DNA of 52,252 nucleotides, from NCBI GenBank assembly GCA_002299555.1, contig DBOL01000001.1, positions 39,903-92,154 on the forward strand, in the 5' to 3' direction. Numbering within the stretch: the stretch's first letter is position 1; the number at the start of each line of letters is the position of its first letter. Of the stretch, positions 1-11,649 are shown piece by piece. A program made the translations under genes and the position numbers. The DNA is from Candidatus Aminicenantes bacterium UBA647. Lineage in GTDB: Bacteria > Acidobacteriota > Aminicenantia > UBA2199. A model generated the notes under the pieces. That model did no database searches. It was given only the letters and a program-made list of their open reading frames with translations, and was not told where the DNA came from.

Positions 1-29
1 ATTTCCCAAATTCCAAGACTTCCAAACAT
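1..29 (-). CDS. tatA: Twin-arginine translocase TatA/TatE family subunit, 5' end only (runs off the window)
   Basis: The reverse strand reads AAGGAG-ataat-ATG TTT GGA AGT CTT GGA ATT TGG GAA = MFGSLGIWE, the typical TatA N-terminus. Only 9 codons are visible. Confidence 0.7.
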
Positions 30-48
30 ATTATCTCCTTATCAGGTT

Positions 49-77
49 ATTCTAATTGTTTCCATTTATACTGTCAA
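49..77 (-). promoter_or_regulatory. sigma70-type promoter for tatA
   Basis: Minus strand TTGACA (77-72), 17 nt, TAGAAT (54-49). Confidence 0.6.
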
Positions 78-202
78 GACTCGAAGTGTAGTTCTGTGTC
101 TGTCTCTTAGTTGGTTGATTGTCAATCTGAGTATAAAAAAAGATAAATATGGTTGATCTCGGAGATTTTGACAACACTTTTTTGCTGTGTTAGAAAAACC
201 CT

Positions 203-1111
203 ATGAAATATTTGCAAAAATTTTTAAAGGTTTTTGGTTATATTGTGCTCATATTGGTATTACTGGAACTTTTTCTAAGGTTTTTGGGTTTTGTTCATCT
301 CCTGAAAATTGAGAATGTGAATATTTCAAAAAGATCTGACAGATCTGACAGCACTATCTTTTGCATTGGTGATTCATGGACTCAGGGTGCATTTGATGGA
401 AATTTCCCCAATATGTTAAAAAAAAGTTTCGATAATGCAATCGGGTCAAAGAATGTTAAAGTTCTGAATCTTGGAATTTCAGGTTCGAACTCTACAACTG
501 CAATCAATGTGCTTAAAAAAAATCTCAACAAATACAATCCCCATCTTGTTATTGTATTAACCGGGAATAATGATCATTGGAACTTAAGTGACAGTACTTA
601 TTGGAAATTTGAAAAAAAGCAAATAACAGGTTTTACTCTTCTGAAAGTGAAAATAAGAATCTTTTTATTGTCTACAAGAGTTCACAAACTTTATAAACTT
701 ATTTCCAGCAAGATCAGGGGAGTCCCTTCTCACGATAAGTTCTTCTATTATGATAAAATAAACAGAGACAACTTTAAAACATTTTATATAAACAGGGACA
801 TTCATAAAAAACAACTCAGGTATAACCTTATCAAATTAATAGAGATGAGCAAGGTTAATGATTTCAACCTGGTTTTTATGACATATTTCCATTTTCACGG
901 TTTTAAAGTGAATGAGATTATCCGGGACATTGCATTGTCTTATCAGATACCGATTGTTGACAATAATTTGTTATTTCATAAAGAGATCGATCCAGCAAAA
1001 TATTCAGATTACCTGATCCCTGACGGTCACCCGAATGCAAAAGGATATAAGTTTATAGCAGAAAAACTTTATGAGTTAATTACAAATAAAGAATTGCTGG
1101 GAAACAAGTAA
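203..1111 (+). CDS. Membrane-anchored SGNH/GDSL hydrolase family protein
   Basis: N-terminal TM segment; blocks GDSWT, NLGISG, GNND and DGHPN. Confidence 0.85.
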   Translation: MKYLQKFLKVFGYIVLILVLLELFLRFLGFVHLLKIENVNISKRSDRSDSTIFCIGDSWTQGAFDGNFPNMLKKSFDNAIGSKNVKVLNLGISGSNSTTAINVLKKNLNKYNPHLVIVLTGNNDHWNLSDSTYWKFEKKQITGFTLLKVKIRIFLLSTRVHKLYKLISSKIRGVPSHDKFFYYDKINRDNFKTFYINRDIHKKQLRYNLIKLIEMSKVNDFNLVFMTYFHFHGFKVNEIIRDIALSYQIPIVDNNLLFHKEIDPAKYSDYLIPDGHPNAKGYKFIAEKLYELITNKELLGNK

Positions 1112-1175
1112 TCTTCACTCAGAGTTTCAACCCTTCCTCTTTTTTGTTTTTTTTATGTGGGATATAATCTGAACA

Positions 1176-2300
1176 ATGACTGAGGATAAGAAGAGAGAGA
1201 GTGACTTCTATTTACCCGAGTGGGTTATAGATAAGAATGAGGACACATTCGCAACGATAGTTAAAAGGGGCGTTATGGATTCAGGTAAAGGCCCGTTCAA
1301 AAACAGGCCTGAGAAAAAAGGTGAACCGTCTGTTGAAGAATTTACTGCAGGGATAAAGGAAAATAACAAAACCCTTCTGGCAAGAGCGATAACACTTGTC
1401 GAAAGTAATTCCCCCTCTCACTATTCAAAGGGTAGAGAAATATTAAAAAAGATCGGTCCAGATCCCGGGAGATCTTTGAGGATAGGGATTACAGGTCCGC
1501 CTGGAGCAGGGAAGAGCACAATAATTGAAGAGATCGCACTTGAATTGTTGTCAGAAGGACATAAAATCGCAATCCTTGCAGTAGATCCCAGCAGTACACT
1601 TACAGGAGGCAGTATTCTCGGTGATAAGACAAGGATGGAGAGGTTGGTAAGAGAGGATAATTGTTTTATAAGGCCTTCTCCATCTGGTGGAACTCTCGGT
1701 GGAGTTACCAGGAAGAGCAGAGAGACTATTTTGTTGTGTGAGACAGCCGGTTATGATGTGATCCTTCTTGAGACAGTTGGTGTCGGGCAAAGTGAGGTTG
1801 CCGTCAGGTTGATGGTTGATTTTTTTGTTCTAATTCTGAATCCCGGCAGCGGGGATGAATTGCAGGGGATAAAAAGGGGTGTAATGGAACTTGCAGATCT
1901 TATAGTTGTCAACAAAGCTGATGGTAATAATCTTAAAAGAGCAGAAATGACAAAGGGAGAATATTCAAGAGCAATACACTATCTTCAGCCATCAACCGAG
2001 GGGTGGAAACGGGAAGTTATTATCGCATCTGCAATTGAAAACAGGGGTATAAACAGGATAGTTGAGATTGCGAAAAATTTTCAGAATAACACCTATAAAA
2101 GTGGTATGTTCGAAAGGAGGAGGAGGGATCAGGCATTCAATTGGACAATTTCTCTTGTTGAAGACTTCCTGAAAGATAGTTTTTATTCGAATAAAGTTGT
2201 CCGGGCCCGGCTGGAGGATGTGAGAAGGAAAATTGTTGATGGTAAAATGCTTCCGACGGATGGAGCTGAAGAGCTTATTAAATCATATTTTAAAAGCTGA
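1176..2300 (+). CDS. meaB: Methylmalonyl-CoA mutase-associated GTPase MeaB/ArgK
   Basis: LARAITLVES, GITGPPGAGKST, AVDPSS, GGSILGDKTRM, ETVGVGQSE, GDELQGIKRG, NKAD. Confidence 0.93.
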   Translation: MTEDKKRESDFYLPEWVIDKNEDTFATIVKRGVMDSGKGPFKNRPEKKGEPSVEEFTAGIKENNKTLLARAITLVESNSPSHYSKGREILKKIGPDPGRSLRIGITGPPGAGKSTIIEEIALELLSEGHKIAILAVDPSSTLTGGSILGDKTRMERLVREDNCFIRPSPSGGTLGGVTRKSRETILLCETAGYDVILLETVGVGQSEVAVRLMVDFFVLILNPGSGDELQGIKRGVMELADLIVVNKADGNNLKRAEMTKGEYSRAIHYLQPSTEGWKREVIIASAIENRGINRIVEIAKNFQNNTYKSGMFERRRRDQAFNWTISLVEDFLKDSFYSNKVVRARLEDVRRKIVDGKMLPTDGAEELIKSYFKS

Positions 2301-2314
2301 TATCCCGGAATTTG

Positions 2315-2343
2315 TTGACATACAGAGAGTGTTAATATATTAT
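2315..2343 (+). promoter_or_regulatory. sigma70-type promoter for the DUF948-YtxH-eno run
   Basis: TTGACA (2315-2320), 17 nt, TATTAT (2338-2343). Confidence 0.6.
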
Positions 2344-2359
2344 TTTAATAAGGGAAAAA

Positions 2360-2726
2360 ATGGACTCAGTAACAATAGTAATCGTATTTATAGTTGCTCT
2401 AATATTTTCAGTAGGTTTTTTGTTGGTTGTAATTAGTCTGGTTCCGGCTTTGAATCAATTGAAGTCTCTTCTGTCAGACCTTGAAAAGACTTCTTATGAA
2501 GCAAGAAAGCTGACCATAAAACTGCACGATGTGAGTGAAAAAGTTGATGAAGATCTGACAAAGATCAACTCAATAATTGATACTACAAGAGAATCTGTTG
2601 GTTCAGTTTCAAATTCACTTAAGTTTCTTAACAAAAACCTGTTAAAGCAATCGGCAGGAGTACTTGCTTTTTTCCCTGCACTGAAATTGGGATGGAAATT
2701 TATGAAAAAAAGGAAAGGAGGAAAGA

Positions 2727-2734
<8 letters not shown>
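2360..2734 (+). CDS. DUF948/YoxC-like membrane-anchored coiled-coil protein
   Basis: N-terminal TM helix then coiled coil; usual partner upstream of a YtxH gene. Confidence 0.65.
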
Positions 2735-4369
<1,635 letters not shown>

Positions 4370-4511
4370 TCAGAGTCAGTTTTAGTTTTTTTTGAGGGGA
4401 TTGTTGCTGCTTTTTTATTTATTCTTAGATTTTATCAAAAAATACTTGACAAACAGGAAATATCATTTTAAATATTATATTAATTTTTAAAAGTAAGTAA
4501 GGAGTTATTAT

Positions 4512-4868
4512 ATGGAACAACTCGAGGTCATTTCGTGGAAGATTCTCGATGCGATCAGAATTTCTGCTTCGAAAACTCATGAAGTTATCGGAGATATTGA
4601 TACAAATGAGCAAATGGCGGTTTTTTGTCAAGTTGATGAAGATTATATCGAACTTTATTACAGTGAAGTGGAATCAAGTTATATCCGGCATTTTGAAGAT
4701 GAAGAAGAGTTCTTTTCTGCAATAGAAGAGAGAAAAGGTGACTTTGGACAAGAAGAATTTGGCTCACCTGAATATTTTACTGATGAGAATGAATACGGTG
4801 ACGAGAGCTCATCGGAAAATTTTGATGGATACAATATCAAAGAAGATGGTGATGAGGACGAATATTAG
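4512..4868 (+). CDS. Highly acidic hypothetical protein
   Basis: SD AAGGAG; TTGACA upstream; about 37 of 118 residues are Asp/Glu; no family recognised. Confidence 0.7.
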   Translation: MEQLEVISWKILDAIRISASKTHEVIGDIDTNEQMAVFCQVDEDYIELYYSEVESSYIRHFEDEEEFFSAIEERKGDFGQEEFGSPEYFTDENEYGDESSSENFDGYNIKEDGDEDEY

Positions 4869-4905
4869 CCTGAAGTCAACACTTCCGGGACTTCCAGATC
4901 TTTAA

Positions 4906-5163
4906 ATGAGATTTTTCAGAAAACGGGGTCAGACCCCTTCTAAAGAAGTTGATGATTCGGATCAGAAGAAAAAGTTTGCAGCCTATTCAACACTGGGAAT
5001 AATGTTTCCTGCATCGATCGGGGTAGGCTTGTTTATAGGGGTTGTCCTGGATGGTTTTTTTGGGACAGATCCTGTTTTCACGATTATTCTTACACTATAT
5101 GGACTGGCAGCCGGATTTTACAATTTTTTTAAGGTAATAAATAAATATGAAAAACGAAAGTAG
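4906..5163 (+). CDS. atpZ: AtpZ/AtpI family protein (ATPase gene 1)
   Basis: Two TM helices with G..IG..LD..FGT.P pattern; heads the Fo gene cluster. Confidence 0.8.
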   Translation: MRFFRKRGQTPSKEVDDSDQKKKFAAYSTLGIMFPASIGVGLFIGVVLDGFFGTDPVFTIILTLYGLAAGFYNFFKVINKYEKRK

Positions 5164-5533
5164 TGAGAAGCTGATAAAAAGAGTTCAAAAAAGAGCCATG
5201 TTCTTTTCGTTAATGCTTATTTTAACAATATTTGTTTTTACAAAGAGTGTCCTTTATTGTATAATGTTTTTCGTCGGAAGTTGTGTTAGTTTGCTCGGAT
5301 ACTATCTGATGATCCTTGTTGTAGACAGGGTCATTCACAAAAGAAAGGGTAAAGGATTCTTCGTTCTGGCAGGTTTCGGGAAACTTATCTTTATCTCGGT
5401 GATCTTTATTTTAGTATCAAGGTATTCTGAGCCGGCAGTGTTATTTTATCTGCTTGGACTTTCCGTGATCATAATGTCGATCATTGGAGAAGGCGGCAGG
5501 CAGCTATACAGGAGTTTTAAAGATGGAGCATAG
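5147..5533 (+). CDS. atpI: ATP synthase subunit I-like membrane protein
   Basis: Four hydrophobic segments, located between atpZ and atpB. Confidence 0.7.
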   Translation: MKNESSEKLIKRVQKRAMFFSLMLILTIFVFTKSVLYCIMFFVGSCVSLLGYYLMILVVDRVIHKRKGKGFFVLAGFGKLIFISVIFILVSRYSEPAVLFYLLGLSVIIMSIIGEGGRQLYRSFKDGA

Positions 5534-6242
5534 GTTAGTTATTGTTGAATTTGTGAATGGGATCCTGCGGAAGATTCTTAGCCTTTTCGGAAAGCATATT
5601 GATCCCGGGATAGATATTGTGCCTTCCCACATTTTACTTGCACTTATCGCTACACTGATAATAATAATTTTCTTTAAACTCACAGTAAAGAACCTTTCTG
5701 TTTTTCCCGGGAAAATGCAGAATTTTCTGGAGATGCTCTATACTGCTTTCCGGGGAATGATCGATGATGCAATGGGAGAGGAGGGGCGAAAATTCCTTCC
5801 GGTCATTGCTACAATGGGAATTTTCATTGCAGTTTCAAATCTTATGGGTCTGCTGCCTGAGTTGGGTTCTCCGACTGCAAATCTTAATGTTACTGTAGGT
5901 TGCGCATTTTTTGTATTTGTTTACTATCATTACCAGGGGGTCAGGAAGCACGGGTTGCTTGGTTATCTGAAAACGTTCACAGGGCCGATCTGGTGGTTGG
6001 CGATCCTGTTTGTTCCAATAGAGATAATTTCCCATATTTCAAGGCCATTGTCACTTTCCATAAGGCTTTACGGGAATATTTTCGGAGAGGATATGGTAAT
6101 TATTATCATTGCTTCTCTTGTACCATTTATCGCTCCACTTCCTATAATGGCGCTCGCTGTAATAACTTCACTCCTTCAGGCTTATATCTTTGTCATGTTG
6201 ACGACAATTTATCTTGCGGGAGCCATGGAATCAGAACATTAA
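5523..6242 (+). CDS. atpB: F0F1 ATP synthase subunit a
   Basis: PGKMQN, SNLMGLLP, PTANLN, SRPLSLSIRLYGN with the essential Arg, LQAYIF; ATG 5523 follows SD AGGAG. Confidence 0.96.
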   Translation: MEHRLVIVEFVNGILRKILSLFGKHIDPGIDIVPSHILLALIATLIIIIFFKLTVKNLSVFPGKMQNFLEMLYTAFRGMIDDAMGEEGRKFLPVIATMGIFIAVSNLMGLLPELGSPTANLNVTVGCAFFVFVYYHYQGVRKHGLLGYLKTFTGPIWWLAILFVPIEIISHISRPLSLSIRLYGNIFGEDMVIIIIASLVPFIAPLPIMALAVITSLLQAYIFVMLTTIYLAGAMESEH

Positions 6243-6261
6243 TCATAAGGAGAAATATAAA

Positions 6262-6606
6262 ATGACAAAAAAATTAATGTTATCAATGTTTATCTTACTG
6301 GCATTGTCAGTAACAGTTTCAGCAGAAGAAGGTGTTGTGAATAATGTTGCAGATGCAACTCCTCTCTTTTTATGGTCGATCATCATAGGTGTTATCGGTT
6401 TAACCTTTGCATCTATCGGTGGAGCTTATGCACAGTCAAAAGCTCTCAGTACAGCAGTAGAGAATATCGGAAGAAATCCTGCTGCTGCTGATTCTATCAG
6501 AGGAGTACTTATTCTTGGCCTGGTTCTCATTGAATCACTGGTTATCTATGTACTTCTTATCGATCTGATTATCTTCTTTGTGAAATGGGGCAAATACACT
6601 TTCTAG
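6262..6606 (+). CDS. atpE: F0F1 ATP synthase subunit c with N-terminal signal-like extension
   Basis: Loop RNP, ion-binding IESLVIY; SD AAGGAG before ATG 6262. Confidence 0.93.
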   Translation: MTKKLMLSMFILLALSVTVSAEEGVVNNVADATPLFLWSIIIGVIGLTFASIGGAYAQSKALSTAVENIGRNPAAADSIRGVLILGLVLIESLVIYVLLIDLIIFFVKWGKYTF

Positions 6607-6627
6607 AAGGTAATTACGCATAACATT

Positions 6628-6659
6628 AATGGGAGGGTTCTGCCCTCCCATTTTTTTTT
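6628..6659 (+). terminator. Rho-independent terminator after atpE
   Basis: AATGGGAGGG-ttctg-CCCTCCCATT followed by a T run. Confidence 0.88.
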
Positions 6660-6662
6660 ACT

Positions 6663-7556
6663 ATGAAAAAAATTTCATTTAAAGAACTTCGGATCACAAA
6701 GGGTCTTATTATTGCCTTAAAAGAACTCTACCGGGAAAATGTTTTTGATAAAGCAAGTGTCCTTGCTTATTACTCGATCATTTCCACTTTATTTCTTTTA
6801 ACTTTTTTTTCCTTCATTTTCACCAAGGTTTTAGGCAGTACTGATATTTCTATCAAAGGAGTTTATCCATTCTCACCGGAATTTTTCAATTCAATTTCAC
6901 CGGATTTTTTAGTAAAGGCAAACGAAATATCATCAAATCTTAAAAATATAGGAATTTTCGGTGTATTATTTTCGTTTTTCCTTGCAGTCCTTATCTTTAA
7001 GAAAGTTGTCCAGTATGTCAATGAGATGTTTCATATAGATCTCTCTACCGGGATAAGAAACAGAGCGTTCTGGGCGAGGAGAGCAAGTGAGATCGCTCTC
7101 TTATTCATAGTAGGACTTCTCGCTGTAGCATCTTTTATTATAACCGGTTTTATAACAACGGTAACATCATTGTTTAAAAGTACTCTTCTGGCTGAATATA
7201 TTAACCCCGACTCGATAGAAGCTCTAAACAAGTTTGGAGTTAAATTTATTGCGCCTTTCACTATTACATTTTTGATATTTTTCTTTATATTTAAATGGAT
7301 ACCGGAAAAAAAGGTCTGCATTAAAGGTGCTTTCATTTCAGCACTGATCTCAGCTCTTCTATGGGAATTTACAAAAAGGATATACACTTATTATCTGGTA
7401 AAAGTATCGATAGTGGGGAAGTTGGGAGGGCCGATAATTGCTGTAATTCTTTTTGGTTTCTGGATGGAATTCTCAATGGGTGTTATACTCTTCGGGGCTA
7501 AATTAACTTCAATTTTTGACAGGGAAAGAGATGAACAGCTTAAAAGAGATAAGTAA
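6663..7556 (+). CDS. YihY/virulence factor BrkB family membrane protein
   Basis: [12 protein letters not shown], multiple TM helices, FKWIP, ALLWE, ILFGA pattern. Confidence 0.85.
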   Translation: MKKISFKELRITKGLIIALKELYRENVFDKASVLAYYSIISTLFLLTFFSFIFTKVLGSTDISIKGVYPFSPEFFNSISPDFLVKANEISSNLKNIGIFGVLFSFFLAVLIFKKVVQYVNEMFHIDLSTGIRNRAFWARRASEIALLFIVGLLAVASFIITGFITTVTSLFKSTLLAEYINPDSIEALNKFGVKFIAPFTITFLIFFFIFKWIPEKKVCIKGAFISALISALLWEFTKRIYTYYLVKVSIVGKLGGPIIAVILFGFWMEFSMGVILFGAKLTSIFDRERDEQLKRDK

Positions 7557-8547
7557 AATTCTTGAAGGGAAACTTGAAGGTGATCCTGATTTCAAGATAA
7601 AAGTCGTTAACTCTCTCGATAATGCAGGGCCGGATGAGATCGCAATAGCTGTAAAACCTGAGATGATCACCGAAAAGATCAATGCAGGGGCACTTGTAGT
7701 AAAAGAGAACAGTAGTATCAGATACAAAAATCTTATATATGTCGAGGATCCGTATATTGCACTTTCCACACTCATTTCACATTTTCTTCCTCTCGAACGA
7801 TTCAGTCATGGGATCGGGGAATTTGTAAGTGTTGCCGCCTCCGCAAGTATCGGAACTGACTCATCGATCGGAGATCACTCCTATATCGGGGAAAAAGTTG
7901 AGATCGGGAAAAATTGTGAGATACATTCAGGTGTCAGGATATATAACAATGTGAAGATCGGAGATAATGCATTGATATATTCAAATGTTGTGATCCGTGA
8001 AGATGTTGTTATCGGTAATAGTGTTGTCATACAACCCGGGGCGGTCATAGGATCAGACGGGTTTGGATTTGCCAGAGATAAAACCGGAAAACCTTTGAAG
8101 ATCCCTCAGAGAGGAAATGTTATTATTGGAGATAATTGTGAGATTGGGGCTAATGTTTGTATCGACAGATCTACCCTTGATTCGACACAGATCTGTGACT
8201 CGGTCAAAATTGACAACCTTGTTCAGATAGGACATAATGTGAAAGTTGGAGAAAGTACTTCGATCTCGGCACAGAGTGGTATTTCCGGCTCAACCGAGGT
8301 TGGGAAGAATGTGATAATGGCAGGTCAGGTCGGACTTGCAGATCATATTAAGGTTGGTGATGGAGTAATGATAGCAGCAAAGACAGGAATTTCAGGAAAT
8401 GTTAAGGATAAAAGTATAGTCGCAGGAATACCTCAGCAGGAACTGATGTCCTGGAAGAGAAGTCAGGTGATCCTTAGAAATATTGAAAAATACATTGAAC
8501 GGATAAAGATCCTTGAAAAGAAAATCGGGGAAACGGAGAAAAAATGA
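7531..8547 (+). CDS. lpxD: UDP-3-O-(3-hydroxyacyl)glucosamine N-acyltransferase
   Basis: Hexapeptide repeats, [27 protein letters not shown]. Confidence 0.96.
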   Translation: MNSLKEISKILEGKLEGDPDFKIKVVNSLDNAGPDEIAIAVKPEMITEKINAGALVVKENSSIRYKNLIYVEDPYIALSTLISHFLPLERFSHGIGEFVSVAASASIGTDSSIGDHSYIGEKVEIGKNCEIHSGVRIYNNVKIGDNALIYSNVVIREDVVIGNSVVIQPGAVIGSDGFGFARDKTGKPLKIPQRGNVIIGDNCEIGANVCIDRSTLDSTQICDSVKIDNLVQIGHNVKVGESTSISAQSGISGSTEVGKNVIMAGQVGLADHIKVGDGVMIAAKTGISGNVKDKSIVAGIPQQELMSWKRSQVILRNIEKYIERIKILEKKIGETEKK

Positions 8548-9248
8548 AAAAAACTATTTTTTTATTGGTATTCATGATAATTGTAGTTATGGTCCATGCA
8601 GGACCAGAGATCACTTTTGAGAAGAAAAAAGTTGATTTTGGTGAGATCATAAGCGGTAAGGTTATGGATCTTGTTTATAATTTCGAAAATACAGGTGATG
8701 AACTCCTTATAATAAAAAACATTAATACTTCCTGTGGATGTACTTATACAAGATTGGAAAAAAAGGAATATAAACCCGGTGAAAAGGGGACAATTCCGTT
8801 AAAATTCTTTTCGAAAGGTTATAGAGGGAAGGTAGTTAAGACTGTCACTGTAGCATCTAATGATAAATCTGATCCTTATGTCCGTTTAGTTCTTTCAGGC
8901 CTGATAAAGTTAAAGGATTTTTCAGTAGTTGAAGTTGATAAGGATGTGTTGGATTTCGGTGAGATCAGTATTAGTGAAAATCCTTCAAAGGAAGTTGTAA
9001 TCAAAAATACCGGAAATATAGATCTCAGAATACTTGAAGTTACTCACAGCCCTGAAGTTTCGACAATTTTTACAAAAAAAATCATTAAGCCTGGGAAGGA
9101 TTGCATTCTCACTGTAACATTCATCCCTCTTCAGATCGGACAATTCTCAACTTTTTTAAGAGTCAGGACTAATGCTTTCAAAAGTCCTCTCCTTATAATC
9201 AGATTAAAAACAGATATAAAAGAAGGGAAAATGGAGAAAGAAGAATAA
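8544..9248 (+). CDS. Exported DUF1573 / tandem Ig-like domain protein
   Basis: Signal peptide; DFG...F.NTG..L.I...TSCGCT...PGE motif, then a second Ig-like repeat lacking the cysteines. Confidence 0.85.
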   Translation: MKKTIFLLVFMIIVVMVHAGPEITFEKKKVDFGEIISGKVMDLVYNFENTGDELLIIKNINTSCGCTYTRLEKKEYKPGEKGTIPLKFFSKGYRGKVVKTVTVASNDKSDPYVRLVLSGLIKLKDFSVVEVDKDVLDFGEISISENPSKEVVIKNTGNIDLRILEVTHSPEVSTIFTKKIIKPGKDCILTVTFIPLQIGQFSTFLRVRTNAFKSPLLIIRLKTDIKEGKMEKEE

Positions 9249-9275
9249 GCTCTAATTTATCAGGAGGGATCAGAA

Positions 9276-10343
9276 ATGGCTAGAGACAGGAAGGAACGTG
9301 AAGAACGTTACGAACGGAAGTCGAGCCGCTTGTTCGCATGGAGTGATTTTTTAAGATCTGTTTCCAAAGTTTTGTGGATACTCGTAGTTCTGATACTTGT
9401 GGCCGGATTGGGAAAAATGTTTTTGTTCAAATCTTCTAAAGATGTTTCTACTCAACCTCCTCTTGAAAAACCTGTTGTCGTTGAAATTGACTGGGCCGGG
9501 GTTAACAATGAAGTTCGTGATATTCTGAAAGAGAGTCGTGAGAGATCGGAAAAGCTTGCACAAAATAAACTGGAAAATTGGACTGTTGAGCTTATGGCGC
9601 GGGTGGATTCTGATTTTCTTGAATGGTATTTTAGTTATTGGACCCAGCAGAGCATTGGAATAAAGGGATTACTAGCTCAGATATGGCATTGGGTAGACAG
9701 TGACAGCCCTTCTGCAGTTGAGAAGATAACCGAAGACGTTCAGCAGGAATTTTCAAACAGGGTTCTCCGTCCTAAAATAGCACAATTGGAATTGGAGAGG
9801 ATGATAAATGAGATCATGAATGACTATTCTACATTCTTATCTACGAAGCTGGAAAGTATTCCGGGGAAATATAAAATAAAAAGTGTTGATTGGGACAGGT
9901 TCTTGAGAGATATTGCTATTATTACCAGTAATGTATCGGGAGACAGGGAAATTTCTTTAACCCTCAAAACGCTGGTGGGTGCCGGAGCCGGAGGAGCTTT
10001 AGTATTATTCAGATCACTAAAACCTGTTTTTACAAAGATAGGTTCTAAAATATCGGCAAAATTGTCTTCTAAAGCTGCTGCAGGACTAGCAACAAAAACT
10101 GGTGGAAAAGTTGCAATGAGAGCCGGTGGAAAATTTGCAGGAACTCTTATAGCAGTTGGAATTATAATCTGGGATGTATGGGATCATCACAACACAAAGA
10201 AGAAGGCTATGCCTGTTTTAAGAAAAAATATTGATGACTACTTCCGTGAATTAAAGATGTCTATATTATTCGATCCTGAGTATGGAATCATGACGATAAT
10301 CTATGGGATGGAGAAAAATATAGTTGATTCAATAAGTAAGTAA
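9276..10343 (+). CDS. Hypothetical membrane-anchored helical protein
   Basis: SD AGGAGG; basic N-terminus, one TM helix, helical body, Gly/Ala/Lys-rich C-terminal hydrophobic segments. Confidence 0.75.
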   Translation: MARDRKEREERYERKSSRLFAWSDFLRSVSKVLWILVVLILVAGLGKMFLFKSSKDVSTQPPLEKPVVVEIDWAGVNNEVRDILKESRERSEKLAQNKLENWTVELMARVDSDFLEWYFSYWTQQSIGIKGLLAQIWHWVDSDSPSAVEKITEDVQQEFSNRVLRPKIAQLELERMINEIMNDYSTFLSTKLESIPGKYKIKSVDWDRFLRDIAIITSNVSGDREISLTLKTLVGAGAGGALVLFRSLKPVFTKIGSKISAKLSSKAAAGLATKTGGKVAMRAGGKFAGTLIAVGIIIWDVWDHHNTKKKAMPVLRKNIDDYFRELKMSILFDPEYGIMTIIYGMEKNIVDSISK

Positions 10344-10377
10344 AGTTGTCATTTCTTGAAATTGAATGTTGTAATAA

Positions 10378-11649
10378 ATGAGGAGAGAGAAAACTAAGAT
10401 AATTGAAAGTACTCTGTCCAACATTTTCAGGAAAAGGCCGGGTAATATCAATGAATATTCATTCAGGGAGCGAAACGGATACATTACCAGGGAGATAGGA
10501 AAGGATCGATATATTGAATCCGGGGAATTCAACAGCCGGAATGATTTGATCAAAATTCTTCCTGAACACTTGAGAAGGAAATTTTTTGTTCCTCCCGATG
10601 AAAGATCGGAGTTTAATACCGGAGCTGTTTCAAAGTGGGGTGAACAGATATCATCTTTTCTTAACAAAATTTCCGGCCTGGAATGGGAAATTATATTTAA
10701 AACCTTAAGAAAAAAGAAAGTCATAATAAAAGGAGAAAACCCTGATTGCTCTCCTCACTTTTCTCATTTTTCTGTTTTGATAAGGTTTAAAAAGAGTAAT
10801 TGGGGTCATTTTGTTGAGATAGGAGAAGGGAATACCGATGGTTCCGGCCACAATATATCAGGGCTTATATCAAGATTAGATGAGATCATAAGATGCAATT
10901 TCGAATCACGTAAGAAACAATTGCCTGAAAATCTGCCGCTGATCTTAAGTCCGGGAGAAGGTGGAATAGTTTTCCATGAGATCCTCGGACATTCATTAGA
11001 AGCTGATCATATAAAGCGTGGATTATCCCCTTTCAATGTATCTGATATAGGAAAAAAGGTTGTGTCTGAAAATATAACACTTTCCACCTTCAGGAAAGGA
11101 GATCCTTTTTTTGAGAATGTAAACCACGATGATGAAGGTATTTCCAGATCTAAATCTACTTTGATAGAGAGGGGAGTATTAAGACATTTGATCTCCAATG
11201 GTACTTCTTCCAGTGATCTCGGGATATCTGATCGTGGAAGTTCAAGAATGGAGGATTTTACAAAGAGGCCTATTCCCAGAATGTTTGCTATTTATCTGGA
11301 GAATGGGGGATATTCCCATAATGAGTTAATGGGATCAACAAGTGATGGGATATTTGCCAGAGAATTTGGGGATGGAAAGGTTCTGTTCCATAAGAACCGG
11401 TTTTATTTTAATATTCCATCTGCATATATGATCAGGAAAGGAAAGGTTAGTGAACCTTTAGGAAGTATTATTGTAAGTGGAAAAATTGATAAAATATTTA
11501 AGTCAGTGGAAATGATCGCAGACGATTTCAGTCTCGACAGAGGAATAAGTTATTGCTTTAAAGATGGGCAGACTCTGAATGTAAGAGTAGGGCAGCCATC
11601 CGTTAAGATCAAAAATCTGAGCTTTTCAAGAGGATTGTATGATATCTGA
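10378..11649 (+). CDS. tldD: TldD family metalloprotease
   Basis: FHEILGHSLEAD, DDEG, PIPRM, C.KDGQ...VGQP. Confidence 0.88.
   Translation: MRREKTKIIESTLSNIFRKRPGNINEYSFRERNGYITREIGKDRYIESGEFNSRNDLIKILPEHLRRKFFVPPDERSEFNTGAVSKWGEQISSFLNKISGLEWEIIFKTLRKKKVIIKGENPDCSPHFSHFSVLIRFKKSNWGHFVEIGEGNTDGSGHNISGLISRLDEIIRCNFESRKKQLPENLPLILSPGEGGIVFHEILGHSLEADHIKRGLSPFNVSDIGKKVVSENITLSTFRKGDPFFENVNHDDEGISRSKSTLIERGVLRHLISNGTSSSDLGISDRGSSRMEDFTKRPIPRMFAIYLENGGYSHNELMGSTSDGIFAREFGDGKVLFHKNRFYFNIPSAYMIRKGKVSEPLGSIIVSGKIDKIFKSVEMIADDFSLDRGISYCFKDGQTLNVRVGQPSVKIKNLSFSRGLYDI

Noticed and set aside
4869-4890. Weak hairpin CCTGAAGT-caac-ACTTCCGG before atpZ
   Set aside because: Short, mismatched and without a U tract; not enough to call a terminator
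5484-5522. Longer ORF-track starts for atpB (also atpE 6214, larB 25933, PepSY 39930, and 50990)
   Set aside because: Downstream ATGs fit the SD or promoter positions and the family N-termini better
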